Positions 9,194 through 18,305 of a stretch of 44,108 nucleotides of DNA are shown piece after piece; the stretch's first letter is position 1; each line of letters starts with the position of its first letter. The DNA is from a virus (lineage: Duplodnaviria > Caudoviricetes). A model generated the notes under the pieces. It was not told the origin of the DNA and ran no database searches. It worked only from the letters and a program-made list of their open reading frames with translations. A program made the translations under genes and the position numbers. Where the stretch lies: positions 1-44,108 of IMG/VR virus record IMGVR_UViG_3300032143_000004; one strand, given 5' to 3'.

Positions 9194-10236
9194 TGGCATT
9201 ACCAAAAAGTCACCCAGTTAAACCAACAATACCTTTGAACTATTCCAAAATTCTTTTACCAAGAAGGGAACAGATAAAAGATATGATTACTAAGGATGGT
9301 ACTTATCTACCTAAGTCCCTTCTTCATGCTGATTTGGATAAAGGGTTTTTAGAATTTGTTAAAGAAAAATTCAATATAGTTTCAGAAGGAAAAAAAATAC
9401 CTGTGGTTGATATTATAATAACCACTCAGAATTGGTCACAATTTGTTGAGACATGGGACTTTCAAAATATAGACAAGAATATAGAACCACCTTTTTTAAC
9501 AATAATTAGGAATCCTGAAGTAAAGTACGGTAACAATCCGGCAGTTATGTATAACATACCTAACAGAAGGATGTATTATTACATGGAAGTACCGACTTGG
9601 GATGGCAATAGAGCGGGGGCAGACATTTACAAAATTCCACAACCAGTCCCTGCAGACTTCAAATATACAGTTGCAATTGTTTGTAATAGAATGAGAGAAG
9701 TTAATACTTTAAACCAAAGGGTTCTTGAAACATTTGCATCAAGACAGGCATACCAAGTAATTAATGGTCACTATATCCCAATTATAAATGACGGGTTTAC
9801 TGACGAATCAGTTTTAGATTTAGAAAAAAGAAAATATTACATACAAAAATATGATTTTACAATGATGGGATTTTTAATTGATTCAGATCAATTTGAGGTA
9901 TCACCAGCGTTATCAAGGACATTCCAAGTATTTGAGGTTGACCAAAGAACATCAAAAAGAAAACAAAAAAGACAAGAACCCGTTAATCCTGAAAAAATTT
10001 ATTTTGACTATCCGAATAGTGCAACAACTAAAGAAATTCATTTTGATTATACATGTAACTTATATTTTGAGGATAGTAGAAATATTGGGTCATATTCGGT
10101 TTACATAAATAACCAATACTATGGAGATGATGTAACATTAATCCAAGTTAATAGTGATGATTTGATAAGAATTGTTATTATAATAGGACAAGTTAGTGAA
10201 GACCCACAATTAGTATTTACTCAAAAACTAATTTAG
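9193..10236 (+). CDS. Putative tail terminator/sheath stabiliser (T4 gp15-like)
   Basis: KIPV, PQPVPADFKYTV, YDFTMMGFL patterns; TAATG overlap with upstream gene; position before sheath. Confidence 0.6.
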   Translation: MALPKSHPVKPTIPLNYSKILLPRREQIKDMITKDGTYLPKSLLHADLDKGFLEFVKEKFNIVSEGKKIPVVDIIITTQNWSQFVETWDFQNIDKNIEPPFLTIIRNPEVKYGNNPAVMYNIPNRRMYYYMEVPTWDGNRAGADIYKIPQPVPADFKYTVAIVCNRMREVNTLNQRVLETFASRQAYQVINGHYIPIINDGFTDESVLDLEKRKYYIQKYDFTMMGFLIDSDQFEVSPALSRTFQVFEVDQRTSKRKQKRQEPVNPEKIYFDYPNSATTKEIHFDYTCNLYFEDSRNIGSYSVYINNQYYGDDVTLIQVNSDDLIRIVIIIGQVSEDPQLVFTQKLI

Positions 10237-10397
10237 TTTTCTCCATAGATATCTTTCTTTTCAGTACATTTTTCTAAAATTAAAGACTCTAAAAATCGAT
10301 ACATTTTAATCCCTCTTTTATCACAATATTTTTTAAGGACCGCATGAACTTCAGGGTCTATTTTTAAATTTTTTATCATCTTGTTATCTTTAGGCAT
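10233..10397 (-). CDS. Small ribbon-helix-helix-like DNA-binding protein (54 aa, absent from ORF track)
   Basis: Translated by hand: MPKDNKMIKNLKIDPEVHAVLKKYCDKRGIKMYRFLESLILEKCTEKKDIYGEN; strand-helix-G-helix pattern; fills the intergenic gap. Confidence 0.7.
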   Translation of the reverse strand: MPKDNKMIKNLKIDPEVHAVLKKYCDKRGIKMYRFLESLILEKCTEKKDIYGEN

Positions 10398-10400
10398 AGG

Positions 10401-10418
10401 GGCAGAAAAAAGGCAGAA
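10401..10418. repeat. Direct repeat GGCAGAA x2, 11-bp period, just upstream of the RHH gene
   Basis: GGCAGAA at 10401-10407 and 10412-10418 in otherwise AT-rich DNA. Confidence 0.6.
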
Positions 10419-10478
10419 TAAAATCTCACCAAAATGTAAATAGTTTTAGTAATATAAAGTTTTTGATGTTTTACCAAG

Positions 10479-10486
10479 TATTTATA
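10479..10486 (+). promoter_or_regulatory. TATTTATA motif upstream of tail sheath (putative phage late promoter)
   Basis: Same motif upstream of most structural genes. Confidence 0.5.
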
Positions 10487-10522
10487 AAAAAAAATAAATA
10501 ACTAAAAAAAGAAATACTTGAT

Positions 10523-13500
10523 ATGGCAACTAATAGTAAAGTTTTTGTTTCTCCTGGTGTTTATACCTCAGAGGTTGATTTAAGTTTTGTAGCTCAAAGT
10601 GTTGGAGTTACTACTTTGGGAATTGTAGGCGAAACACTAATAGGACCGGCTTTTGAACCAATATTCATCACAAGTTTTGATGAGTATCAAACTGTGTTCG
10701 GTGGAACATCACCAGAAAAATATATAAACACACAAATTCCAAAATATGAAGCGTCTTATATTGCTAAGGCGTACTTACAACAATCTAACCAATTGTTTGT
10801 TACAAGAATTCTTGGATTATCGGGTTATGACGCAGGACCATCTTGGTCTGTAGCAACAGTTGCGAATGTTGATGTAAATACTGTGGGTATCTACTGTCTT
10901 AGTGGTACTCAAAGTGTTAACACTTGTGACTTTATTTGTGTAGACCCAAAAGAGATCGAATTCTTTGTTGATTTCTCAGGATGTTCAAATGATACTGCAA
11001 CTATCGCATATAATAATGATTTTCCTGATGAGATACAGGCAATACTTTATAACCAATACGAACAATACAACGGAAGTACATCAACATTAGATGAACAAAT
11101 TAAAGATTTAATTTTTAGCGTAATTAGTGCTGACTCACCAACTACCGCAGAAGATGAAGTAATTTCTTACTTTGGTTCTATCCCAACGGTTGATTATGAC
11201 GCACTTTCAGGATATAGTGCATCAACAAATGTATTCGAAGTTCCTTCTGTTTCATTAAACGATACTGATTTGACTTCAGCACTTAACGATTCGTGGTATT
11301 ACGCTTTATTTGAAAATACGGGTAATTATCAGTACTCAGGATATTCCTTCTACGCAAATGTAACTGGATTAACTCAGATTATTTTTACCTCAACAACAAC
11401 TAGTACCTCAACAACGACTACTACAACTAGTCCTTGTCCTACACCAATACCAACAACTACAACAACGACTACAGTACAACCTGTAAATTGTTACAACGGT
11501 ACTATATATGGTAAATTATATTACTATACAGGTACATCTTATAGTGATTACGATAATGTTGTGGTAGGTACATTAAGATCAAGAGGTGTTGCAACTTACA
11601 CAAACGCAACTAACCCAGTATACTCTGTAACTGGAATAACTAATGTGTCTTTAAACATGGCAGGTCAATATTCGGGAGTACTTAAAAATCCTTATTTGAC
11701 CTTTGGTGTAAATGTAACAGATAAGTTTGGGACAAATTATAGTTTTGAAACATCTTTTTCTCAAAACGATCCCGAATATTGGTCAAAAGTATTTGGTATT
11801 ACTAACTTCCAAAAACCAAGAATAGAAGTTCCTGTTTTTGCTGAGGAGAACTTCCAATCGTGGTTGAACTATTCATGGAAAAAAGGTTATATCAGAGGAT
11901 TAAACCCTGACTTAATTTCATTAGACTCTGCACAATCAGGGGATTTTGATTCAATTGGTTGGTATTTAGATAGATGGCAAACACCAAACTCTCCTTTTGT
12001 TGTGTCAGAATTAAGAGGTAATAAAGTATATGATTTATTTAGATTCTATACAATTTCTGATGGTGATGCGGCAAATACATTACTAAAGATTTCAATTATT
12101 AACCAATCTTGGTCAAATCTAACATTTGATATTTTAATTAGAGATTATTTCGATACAGATGCAAATCCTGTAGTACTTGAGAAGTTTACTAACTGTACAA
12201 TGGATCCAGGACAAAATAGTTTTGTTGGAAATAAAGTTGGTACATTAGATGGTGAATACATGTTGAATTCAAAATATGTAATGGTTGAAATGTCTGAAGA
12301 TGCGCCAATAGACGCTCTTCCTTGTGGATTTAACGGATTTAACTTCCGTCTTTATTCAGGAGCACAATCACCATTCCCAATTATTAAAGGTAAATATGAT
12401 TTCCCTGGTGAAACTGTATGGAACCCACCTTTTGCACTTTCTTCAGGAGCGGTTAATTCAACATTAAGTCAAGGTGATAATGTAAGAAGAACTTATTTAG
12501 GTATATCTAACAGTTACGGATGGGATCCTGCATACTTCGAATATGTTGGTAAGACGGAACCAAATAGTACTTGTGATATTGATTCAGTTCCGTGGAACTA
12601 TATATCAGCAGGTTTCCACATGGATGCAAATGCAAGTGCATTAACAATAAACGATTTATATTCAACATCTGGAGATACAAGATTTATTTGTGGTAATTCA
12701 CCATTCATTACAGAACCAGAATTACCAACAAATGTGTACTTTAGGTTGTTTGCTCGTAAATTCACATTCTTAGTACAAGGTGGGTTTGACGGATGGGATA
12801 TCTATAGAGAATGGAGAACCAATGAAGACAGATTCCAAATTGGTAGATCAGGATTCCTTAACGGAGCTTGTCCAACATCAAGGTATCCAAATGCAGTTGG
12901 TTGGGGAGCGTTCAAAGAGATTTCTATTGGTGATGGTACCATGGACTTTGGAAACACAGACTACTACGCATACTTATTAGGTCAACAAACATTTGCAAAT
13001 CCTGAAGCAACAAACATTAATGTATTTGTAAGTCCAGGTATTGATTATGTTAATAATAGTAATCTTGTTGAAGACGCAATTACTATGATAGAGTTCAATA
13101 GGGCTGACTCACTTTATGTTTGTACAACCCCTGATGTTGATTTGTTTAGTCCTACATTAACAGGTGGTCAAGATATATTTATATATCCAACTGAAACGGT
13201 TGATAACTTATTTAACACAGGAATTGACTCTAACTATACGGCAACTTACTACCCTTGGGTATTAACAAGAGATAGTGTAAACAATACTCAAATCTATATC
13301 CCACCAACAGCTGAGGTAACAAGAAATTTAGCGTTAACAGATAACATCGCATTCCCTTGGTTCGCAGCGGCGGGTTACACTCGTGGTATTGTTAACTGTA
13401 TTAAAGCTCGTAAGAAGTTAACTCAAGAAGATAGAGACATTCTTTACAACGGTAGAGTTAACCCAATCGCAACCTTCTCTGATGTTGGTACTGTAATTTG

Positions 13501-13849
13501 GGGTAACAAAACTCTACAAGTAAGGGAATCGGCTCTTGATAGAATCAATGTGAGAAGATTGTTATTACAAGCTCGTAAATTGATTTCAGCCGTATCTGTA
13601 AGGTTATTGTTTGAACAAAACGACGCACAAGTAAGACAAGACTTCTTAAACGCTGTTAACCCAATATTAGACTCAATAAGAAGAGACCGTGGTTTGTATG
13701 ACTTCCGAGTAACAGTTTCATCAAATCCTGAGGATTTAGATAGAAACCAAATGACAGGTAAGATCTATATTAAACCCACAAGATCTCTTGAATTTATAGA
13801 CATAACATTCTACATCACTCCAACAGGAGCATCGTTTGAGAATATTTAA
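10523..13849 (+). CDS. Contractile tail sheath protein (T4 gp18-like)
   Basis: N-term FVSPGVYTSEVDLS; C-term YYPWV, PWFAAAGYTRG, VNPI, IWGNKTLQ, RINVRRLLL, IYIKPTRSLEFIDITF. Confidence 0.95.
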   Translation: MATNSKVFVSPGVYTSEVDLSFVAQSVGVTTLGIVGETLIGPAFEPIFITSFDEYQTVFGGTSPEKYINTQIPKYEASYIAKAYLQQSNQLFVTRILGLSGYDAGPSWSVATVANVDVNTVGIYCLSGTQSVNTCDFICVDPKEIEFFVDFSGCSNDTATIAYNNDFPDEIQAILYNQYEQYNGSTSTLDEQIKDLIFSVISADSPTTAEDEVISYFGSIPTVDYDALSGYSASTNVFEVPSVSLNDTDLTSALNDSWYYALFENTGNYQYSGYSFYANVTGLTQIIFTSTTTSTSTTTTTTSPCPTPIPTTTTTTTVQPVNCYNGTIYGKLYYYTGTSYSDYDNVVVGTLRSRGVATYTNATNPVYSVTGITNVSLNMAGQYSGVLKNPYLTFGVNVTDKFGTNYSFETSFSQNDPEYWSKVFGITNFQKPRIEVPVFAEENFQSWLNYSWKKGYIRGLNPDLISLDSAQSGDFDSIGWYLDRWQTPNSPFVVSELRGNKVYDLFRFYTISDGDAANTLLKISIINQSWSNLTFDILIRDYFDTDANPVVLEKFTNCTMDPGQNSFVGNKVGTLDGEYMLNSKYVMVEMSEDAPIDALPCGFNGFNFRLYSGAQSPFPIIKGKYDFPGETVWNPPFALSSGAVNSTLSQGDNVRRTYLGISNSYGWDPAYFEYVGKTEPNSTCDIDSVPWNYISAGFHMDANASALTINDLYSTSGDTRFICGNSPFITEPELPTNVYFRLFARKFTFLVQGGFDGWDIYREWRTNEDRFQIGRSGFLNGACPTSRYPNAVGWGAFKEISIGDGTMDFGNTDYYAYLLGQQTFANPEATNINVFVSPGIDYVNNSNLVEDAITMIEFNRADSLYVCTTPDVDLFSPTLTGGQDIFIYPTETVDNLFNTGIDSNYTATYYPWVLTRDSVNNTQIYIPPTAEVTRNLALTDNIAFPWFAAAGYTRGIVNCIKARKKLTQEDRDILYNGRVNPIATFSDVGTVIWGNKTLQVRESALDRINVRRLLLQARKLISAVSVRLLFEQNDAQVRQDFLNAVNPILDSIRRDRGLYDFRVTVSSNPEDLDRNQMTGKIYIKPTRSLEFIDITFYITPTGASFENI
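11387..11482 (+). repeat. Thr/Pro-rich low-complexity insert in the sheath gene
   Basis: Encodes TSTTTSTSTTTTTTSPCPTPIPTTTTTTTVQP; ACN runs with ACCTCAACAAC duplicated. Confidence 0.85.
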
Positions 13850-13867
13850 TGTGGTAAATAAAAAAGA

Positions 13868-13896
13868 AGAGGGGGATCGAAAGTTCCCCTTTTTTT
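13868..13896 (+). terminator. Intrinsic terminator after sheath gene
   Basis: AGGGGGA...TTCCCCT hairpin followed by T-run. Confidence 0.75.
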
Positions 13897-13917
13897 ATTT
13901 ATATGATATTTATTAGT

Positions 13918-14745
13918 ATGCGTTATAAAAAAGTTGTTAAAGAAATAATTTCTGAAATTATACAAGATCAGTTAACACCAACAATGAAATATTATGCTTT
14001 TGATTGGGATGATAATCTTATGTATATGCCAACTAAAATTTATTTAAAAGATAAAGACGGTAATAGTGTTGGCATGTCAACAGAAGATTTTGCCGAATAT
14101 AGGTCTGAAGTTGGAAAAGAACCTTTCGAATATGAAGGACATACAATAGTTGATTTTGATGATGAACCATTTAGAAATTTTAGAGTTACAGGTGATAAAC
14201 AATTTTTAAATGATGCAATGAAAGCCCCAACAGGTCCTGCGTGGGACGACTTTGTGGAGGCGGTTAATAACGGGTCTATTTTTGCAATAGTTACTGCAAG
14301 AGGTCACACACCAAGTGTTTTAAAAAATGCCACTTATAATTTAATTAAAAAAAACAAACATGGTTTAAATCAACAAGAGTTGGTTAAAAATTTAAGAAAG
14401 TATAGAGATATTACAGATGAGGAGGATATGACTGATGACGAACTTATAAAGACTTATTTAGAAATGTGTAAATGGCATCCTGTTAGTTTTGGGGAAGGTT
14501 CGGCTGCGAATCCAGAAGAACTTAAAGTAAGTGCCATGAAACAATTTATGGAATATGTTAGAACTTTATCACAAAAACTTCAAGAAAAGGCATATATTAA
14601 AAACAAAATTAGTAATTATTTTACACCATATATTGGTTTTTCAGATGATGACCTAAAGAATGTTCAATCAATGAAGAAACATTTTGATAATGAAAGTGGA
14701 TTAGATATTTATCATACAGGAGGAGGAAAAAAAACTAAATTTTAA
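13918..14745 (+). CDS. HAD-superfamily phosphatase-like protein (probable start ATG 13918)
   Basis: Motif I YAFDWDDNL, motif II IVTARGH, Lys in ELKV, motif IV GFSDDD; TATTTAT at 13907-13913 precedes ATG 13918. Confidence 0.75.
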   Translation: MRYKKVVKEIISEIIQDQLTPTMKYYAFDWDDNLMYMPTKIYLKDKDGNSVGMSTEDFAEYRSEVGKEPFEYEGHTIVDFDDEPFRNFRVTGDKQFLNDAMKAPTGPAWDDFVEAVNNGSIFAIVTARGHTPSVLKNATYNLIKKNKHGLNQQELVKNLRKYRDITDEEDMTDDELIKTYLEMCKWHPVSFGEGSAANPEELKVSAMKQFMEYVRTLSQKLQEKAYIKNKISNYFTPYIGFSDDDLKNVQSMKKHFDNESGLDIYHTGGGKKTKF

Positions 14746-14816
14746 CTAGTTATAGTTCTAGTTAAGATATAATTTGAAAAATAATTGAAGTAAATAGAAA
14801 AATTTTTATTTCGCAG

Positions 14817-14824
14817 TATTTATA
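14817..14824 (+). promoter_or_regulatory. TATTTATA motif upstream of tail tube gene
   Basis: Recurrent upstream motif. Confidence 0.5.
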
Positions 14825-14864
14825 ATAAAAAATAAAACAAAACAAAAATTAAAAAAAATAAGAT

Positions 14865-15353
14865 ATGGCTGATTTATTAATGAAAATGCCGATCCCTTAC
14901 GAACCGAAAAGGGAGAACAGGTGGATTTTGAGGTTTCCATCATCACTTGGTATTAATGAGTGGTATGTTGAGACGACATCAAGACCAAAACTTACAATTG
15001 CCGCAACTGAAATTCAGTTCTTAAATACTTCAACATATGTTGCAGGTAGATTTAACTGGGGTGAATTACCCGTTACTTTCCGTGACCCAATCGGACCTTC
15101 TGCGTCTCAAGCGGTTATGGAATGGATTCGTCTATGTGCTGAGTCAGTTACAGGTCGTATGGGTTACGCAGCAGGTTACAAAAAAAATGTTGACCTTGAG
15201 ATGTTGGACCCAACAGGAGTTGTTGTTGAGAAATGGATTTTAGAAGGAACTTTCTTAACAGGATATGATGGGGGTTCCTTAACATATTCCACAGATGGTC
15301 TCGCTAAGATTACTTGCAACATGAGAATGGACCGTTGTATATTAGTTTATTGA
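14865..15353 (+). CDS. Tail tube protein (T4 gp19-like)
   Basis: EPKRENRW, YVAGRFNWGELPVTFRDPI, VMEW, LEMLDPTGVVVEKWILEG; 162 aa; follows sheath. Confidence 0.9.
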   Translation: MADLLMKMPIPYEPKRENRWILRFPSSLGINEWYVETTSRPKLTIAATEIQFLNTSTYVAGRFNWGELPVTFRDPIGPSASQAVMEWIRLCAESVTGRMGYAAGYKKNVDLEMLDPTGVVVEKWILEGTFLTGYDGGSLTYSTDGLAKITCNMRMDRCILVY

Positions 15354-15395
15354 TTTTTTATCAAAAACTTACTAAAAAAAATAAAACATAACATT

Positions 15396-15431
15396 AAGAC
15401 CTATTTACTTTACTAGTGATAGGTCTTTTTT
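15396..15431 (+). terminator. Intrinsic terminator after tail tube gene
   Basis: AAGACCTAT...ATAGGTCTT stem followed by T-run. Confidence 0.7.
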
Positions 15432-15458
15432 ATGTTTATAAAAAAAGAACTTTATATT

Positions 15459-16229
15459 ATGGAACAAGACGCATATCAAGCTGGTCAAGCAGAATTTAAT
15501 TTACCACACGATGTAATACAATTACCTAGTCAAGGTGTGTTTTACAAATCAAAAAAGAAATCGATAAAAGTTGGTTATTTAACCGCCGCTGACGAAAACA
15601 TTATTGCAAATGTTGACTCAAGAAAGAGTATTCAAGAAAGTATTATTATTCCCCTTTTAAGAACTAAAGTTTATGAAAGAGATTTAAGACCTGAAGAAAT
15701 GCTTGATGGCGATATTGAGGCAATTTTAATTTTTTTAAGAAACACTTCATTTGGTCCTGAGTATACAATTAACGCTGTAGACCCTAAAACTGACGATAGA
15801 TTTAAAACAACGATTGTTTTAGACGAATTAAATTACAAAAAAACAAAGTCTGCCCCTAATGAAGATGGTTTATTTGAAACCACACTTCCTGTATCAGGAA
15901 AAAAAGTCCTATTAAAACTTCTTAGTTTAAAAGACAAACTTGATATTGAACAATTAATAAATTCTTATCCTTCAGAAAGAACCGCACCAACTATCACCTC
16001 AAGACTTAACAAACACATTGTCTCAATTGAGGGAGATTCTGACAATTTAAAAATTGCAACATTTGTTGAAACTTTACCTATTGCGGACTCTAAATATATT
16101 AGAAGATTTATTTTAGATAATGAACCAAGATTAGACCTATCAAAAGAAGTTATCGCCCCGTCAGGAGAAAGAGTAATGGTCGACATTACTTTTGGGGTGG
16201 AATTTTTTCGGCCTTTCATATCAATATAA
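15459..16229 (+). CDS. Baseplate hub/tail assembly chaperone (T4 gp26-like); probable start ATG 15459
   Basis: LPSQGVFY, YLTAADENI, GDIEAILIFLRNTSFGPEY, LPVSGKKV, C-term FGVEFFRP; lies between tube and tape measure. Confidence 0.75.
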   Translation: MEQDAYQAGQAEFNLPHDVIQLPSQGVFYKSKKKSIKVGYLTAADENIIANVDSRKSIQESIIIPLLRTKVYERDLRPEEMLDGDIEAILIFLRNTSFGPEYTINAVDPKTDDRFKTTIVLDELNYKKTKSAPNEDGLFETTLPVSGKKVLLKLLSLKDKLDIEQLINSYPSERTAPTITSRLNKHIVSIEGDSDNLKIATFVETLPIADSKYIRRFILDNEPRLDLSKEVIAPSGERVMVDITFGVEFFRPFISI

Positions 16230-16362
16230 AACAAGTTTATTAGACGAATTTTATTATTTCTCTAGAATTTTTAGAACACAATATTCTGAGTTTATGTGTA
16301 TGCCAACTTATGTTAGAAGGTATTTGATTGGTAAATATGTTGAAGAAACAAAAAAAACTTAA
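16207..16362 (+). CDS. gp51-like chaperone extension in the +1 frame, probably reached by frameshift from the gp26-like gene
   Basis: +1 frame open 16177-16362: FGLSYQYKTSLLDEFYYFSRIFRTQYSEFMCMPTYVRRYLIGKYVEETKKT; no ATG until 16294. Confidence 0.65.
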   Translation, partial: FGLSYQYKTSLLDEFYYFSRIFRTQYSEFMCMPTYVRRYLIGKYVEETKKT

Positions 16363-16367
16363 TCAAA

Positions 16368-16379
16368 TATTTATAAATA
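16368..16379 (+). promoter_or_regulatory. TATTTATAAATA palindromic motif upstream of tape measure gene
   Basis: TATTTATA 16368-16375 overlapping TATAAATA 16372-16379. Confidence 0.5.
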
Positions 16380-16387
16380 AAAGTTAA

Positions 16388-18250
16388 ATGCCAGGTGTAG
16401 ATCCAATTTCATTAACCAAGAAGGATAAAGATGAACTTATTGAGATGATCAATGCCCAAAAAACTGAAATCGATCAATTAAAAAAAGGCAAGACCCGCGG
16501 CAAAACTGAATCGGCTGAAACAATTGAGGGTAGTAATAATATTGTAAACGCCTTTGACCCTACATCTTTAGCAAACATTACAGGTGTAATGACAAGTATG
16601 AAGGATGCAATGCTTGGCGTAATTAACCTTACAGACTTTGCGACATTTAAAGAATTAGACGAACTAAGTAATACAATACAACAAAATTTTGGTTTAGCTA
16701 GAGGAAGGGTTAGTGAATTTAAAACAGCAATTGCCGACGCAGCTCCTGAGTTGGCAAAAATGGGGTATACTCAACAGGAATCCGCCGATTTAATTGCCGA
16801 CTCAATGGACGGGTTAAAAAGCTCAGCTCTGTTAAGTACCCAAACATTAATTGAAATGGGAGCGGTTTCAAAAGTCACAGGTTTAGATGTTAACGAGTTA
16901 GCTGAGGGGTTTAGAAGTGTCGGGATCTCAATGCAAAAGGTTGGTGAAGAAATGAAAGGGGTTACTGACTACGCAAGAAGTGTTGGAATGTCAGTTAAAA
17001 CAATTTCAACAGGAGTTGAACAAAATATTGAAAAAATCAATTTGTATAATTTTGACAATGGTGTTCAAGGTTTAGCTAAGATGGCGGCTACTTCAGAAAG
17101 ATTCGGGCTTTCAATGACTAATACATTCAGAATTGCCGAAGAGTTATTTTCACCTGAAAACGCAATTAATATGGCGGCAGGACTCCAAAGGCTGGGAGTT
17201 GCGTCAAGTGCATTATTAGACCCACTAAGAGCTATGGATTTAGCCCAAAACGACCCTGAAGCGTTACAAAAAGAAATTGTTAACTTAAGTAAGGAATTTA
17301 CAACATTTAATGAGAAAACAGGTAAAATGGAAATTCTACCTGGAGCTCAAAGAAGACTAAGAGAGGTTGCTAAAGAGTTGAACATAGACGCTTCTGAGTT
17401 TGCAAAAATGTCAATTCAGGCAGGAGACTTTGATAGAAAGTTAAAACAAATTAGAATGCCTTCATTGGCGGAAGGTGATGATGCAACCAAAGAATTAATA
17501 GCTTCTATGGCTCAACTTGATTCTAGTGGTGTTGCAACAATCCAAGTCAAGGATATGGAGACGGGTAATTTAATAGAGAAAAATGTTGAAGAATTAACGC
17601 CTGAAGACATTGCTGATCTAAAAAAGGCAAACGAAGAATCTTCTCAATCTATTGAACAAATTGCAATTGACCAATTAGATATTACAAAACAAATTAATGC
17701 AACACTCCAAAGCGGAGAATTAATGGGGAAATTAGCTAGAGCGACATCCCCAACTATGGAAAAACTAACCAACTTTGTTTCTCGTAGTTATAAAGATGTT
17801 GCAACAAAATATAGAGATGAGTTAGGAACAACTCAAGGTTTAAGAGGTAAGTTTGAAGGGGTTGCGGGGCCCACGGAAGATTTCTTAGTTGCTGCGATTG
17901 ATGGAAATACTGCCAACCAAACAAAGGCAATTGCGGATTTTACTAAAGGTGCAATTGAAATAAAAGATAGTTTTTTAAGTGCATCTGAAAGTTTTGTACA
18001 AAATATAATAGAAAGCAGAAAAGATGATTTGAAACAAACTTATGGTAGTAATAATAAACCGGTTAACGAAACAAAAACAGTAAATGTGAATGTTAAAGTG
18101 GAAGGAGATGCTAACACCGCAAAAATGGATAAAGATCAAATAACGAATGTAGTACTAAAAGGGTTCCAAGACCCAAATTTATCAAATGAACTGTCTTATA
18201 CCCTAGATGGAGGTTCTGCCCCATCGGCAGCAACAGGTAAGAAAAATTAA
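16388..18250 (+). CDS. Putative tape measure protein
   Basis: 620 aa, Ala/Glu/Lys-rich helical composition; directly after tube and chaperone genes. Confidence 0.65.
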   Translation: MPGVDPISLTKKDKDELIEMINAQKTEIDQLKKGKTRGKTESAETIEGSNNIVNAFDPTSLANITGVMTSMKDAMLGVINLTDFATFKELDELSNTIQQNFGLARGRVSEFKTAIADAAPELAKMGYTQQESADLIADSMDGLKSSALLSTQTLIEMGAVSKVTGLDVNELAEGFRSVGISMQKVGEEMKGVTDYARSVGMSVKTISTGVEQNIEKINLYNFDNGVQGLAKMAATSERFGLSMTNTFRIAEELFSPENAINMAAGLQRLGVASSALLDPLRAMDLAQNDPEALQKEIVNLSKEFTTFNEKTGKMEILPGAQRRLREVAKELNIDASEFAKMSIQAGDFDRKLKQIRMPSLAEGDDATKELIASMAQLDSSGVATIQVKDMETGNLIEKNVEELTPEDIADLKKANEESSQSIEQIAIDQLDITKQINATLQSGELMGKLARATSPTMEKLTNFVSRSYKDVATKYRDELGTTQGLRGKFEGVAGPTEDFLVAAIDGNTANQTKAIADFTKGAIEIKDSFLSASESFVQNIIESRKDDLKQTYGSNNKPVNETKTVNVNVKVEGDANTAKMDKDQITNVVLKGFQDPNLSNELSYTLDGGSAPSAATGKKN

Positions 18251-18305
18251 TGGATGTACACTCTTCAAAAAAAACGCATAATATCTATTTATAGAATAAA
18301 GTAGT

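Noticed and set aside
16199-16243. Classical -1 frameshift in the chaperone gene
   Set aside because: No X XXY YYZ heptamer in register at this site and the -1 frame stops at TAG 16241-16243
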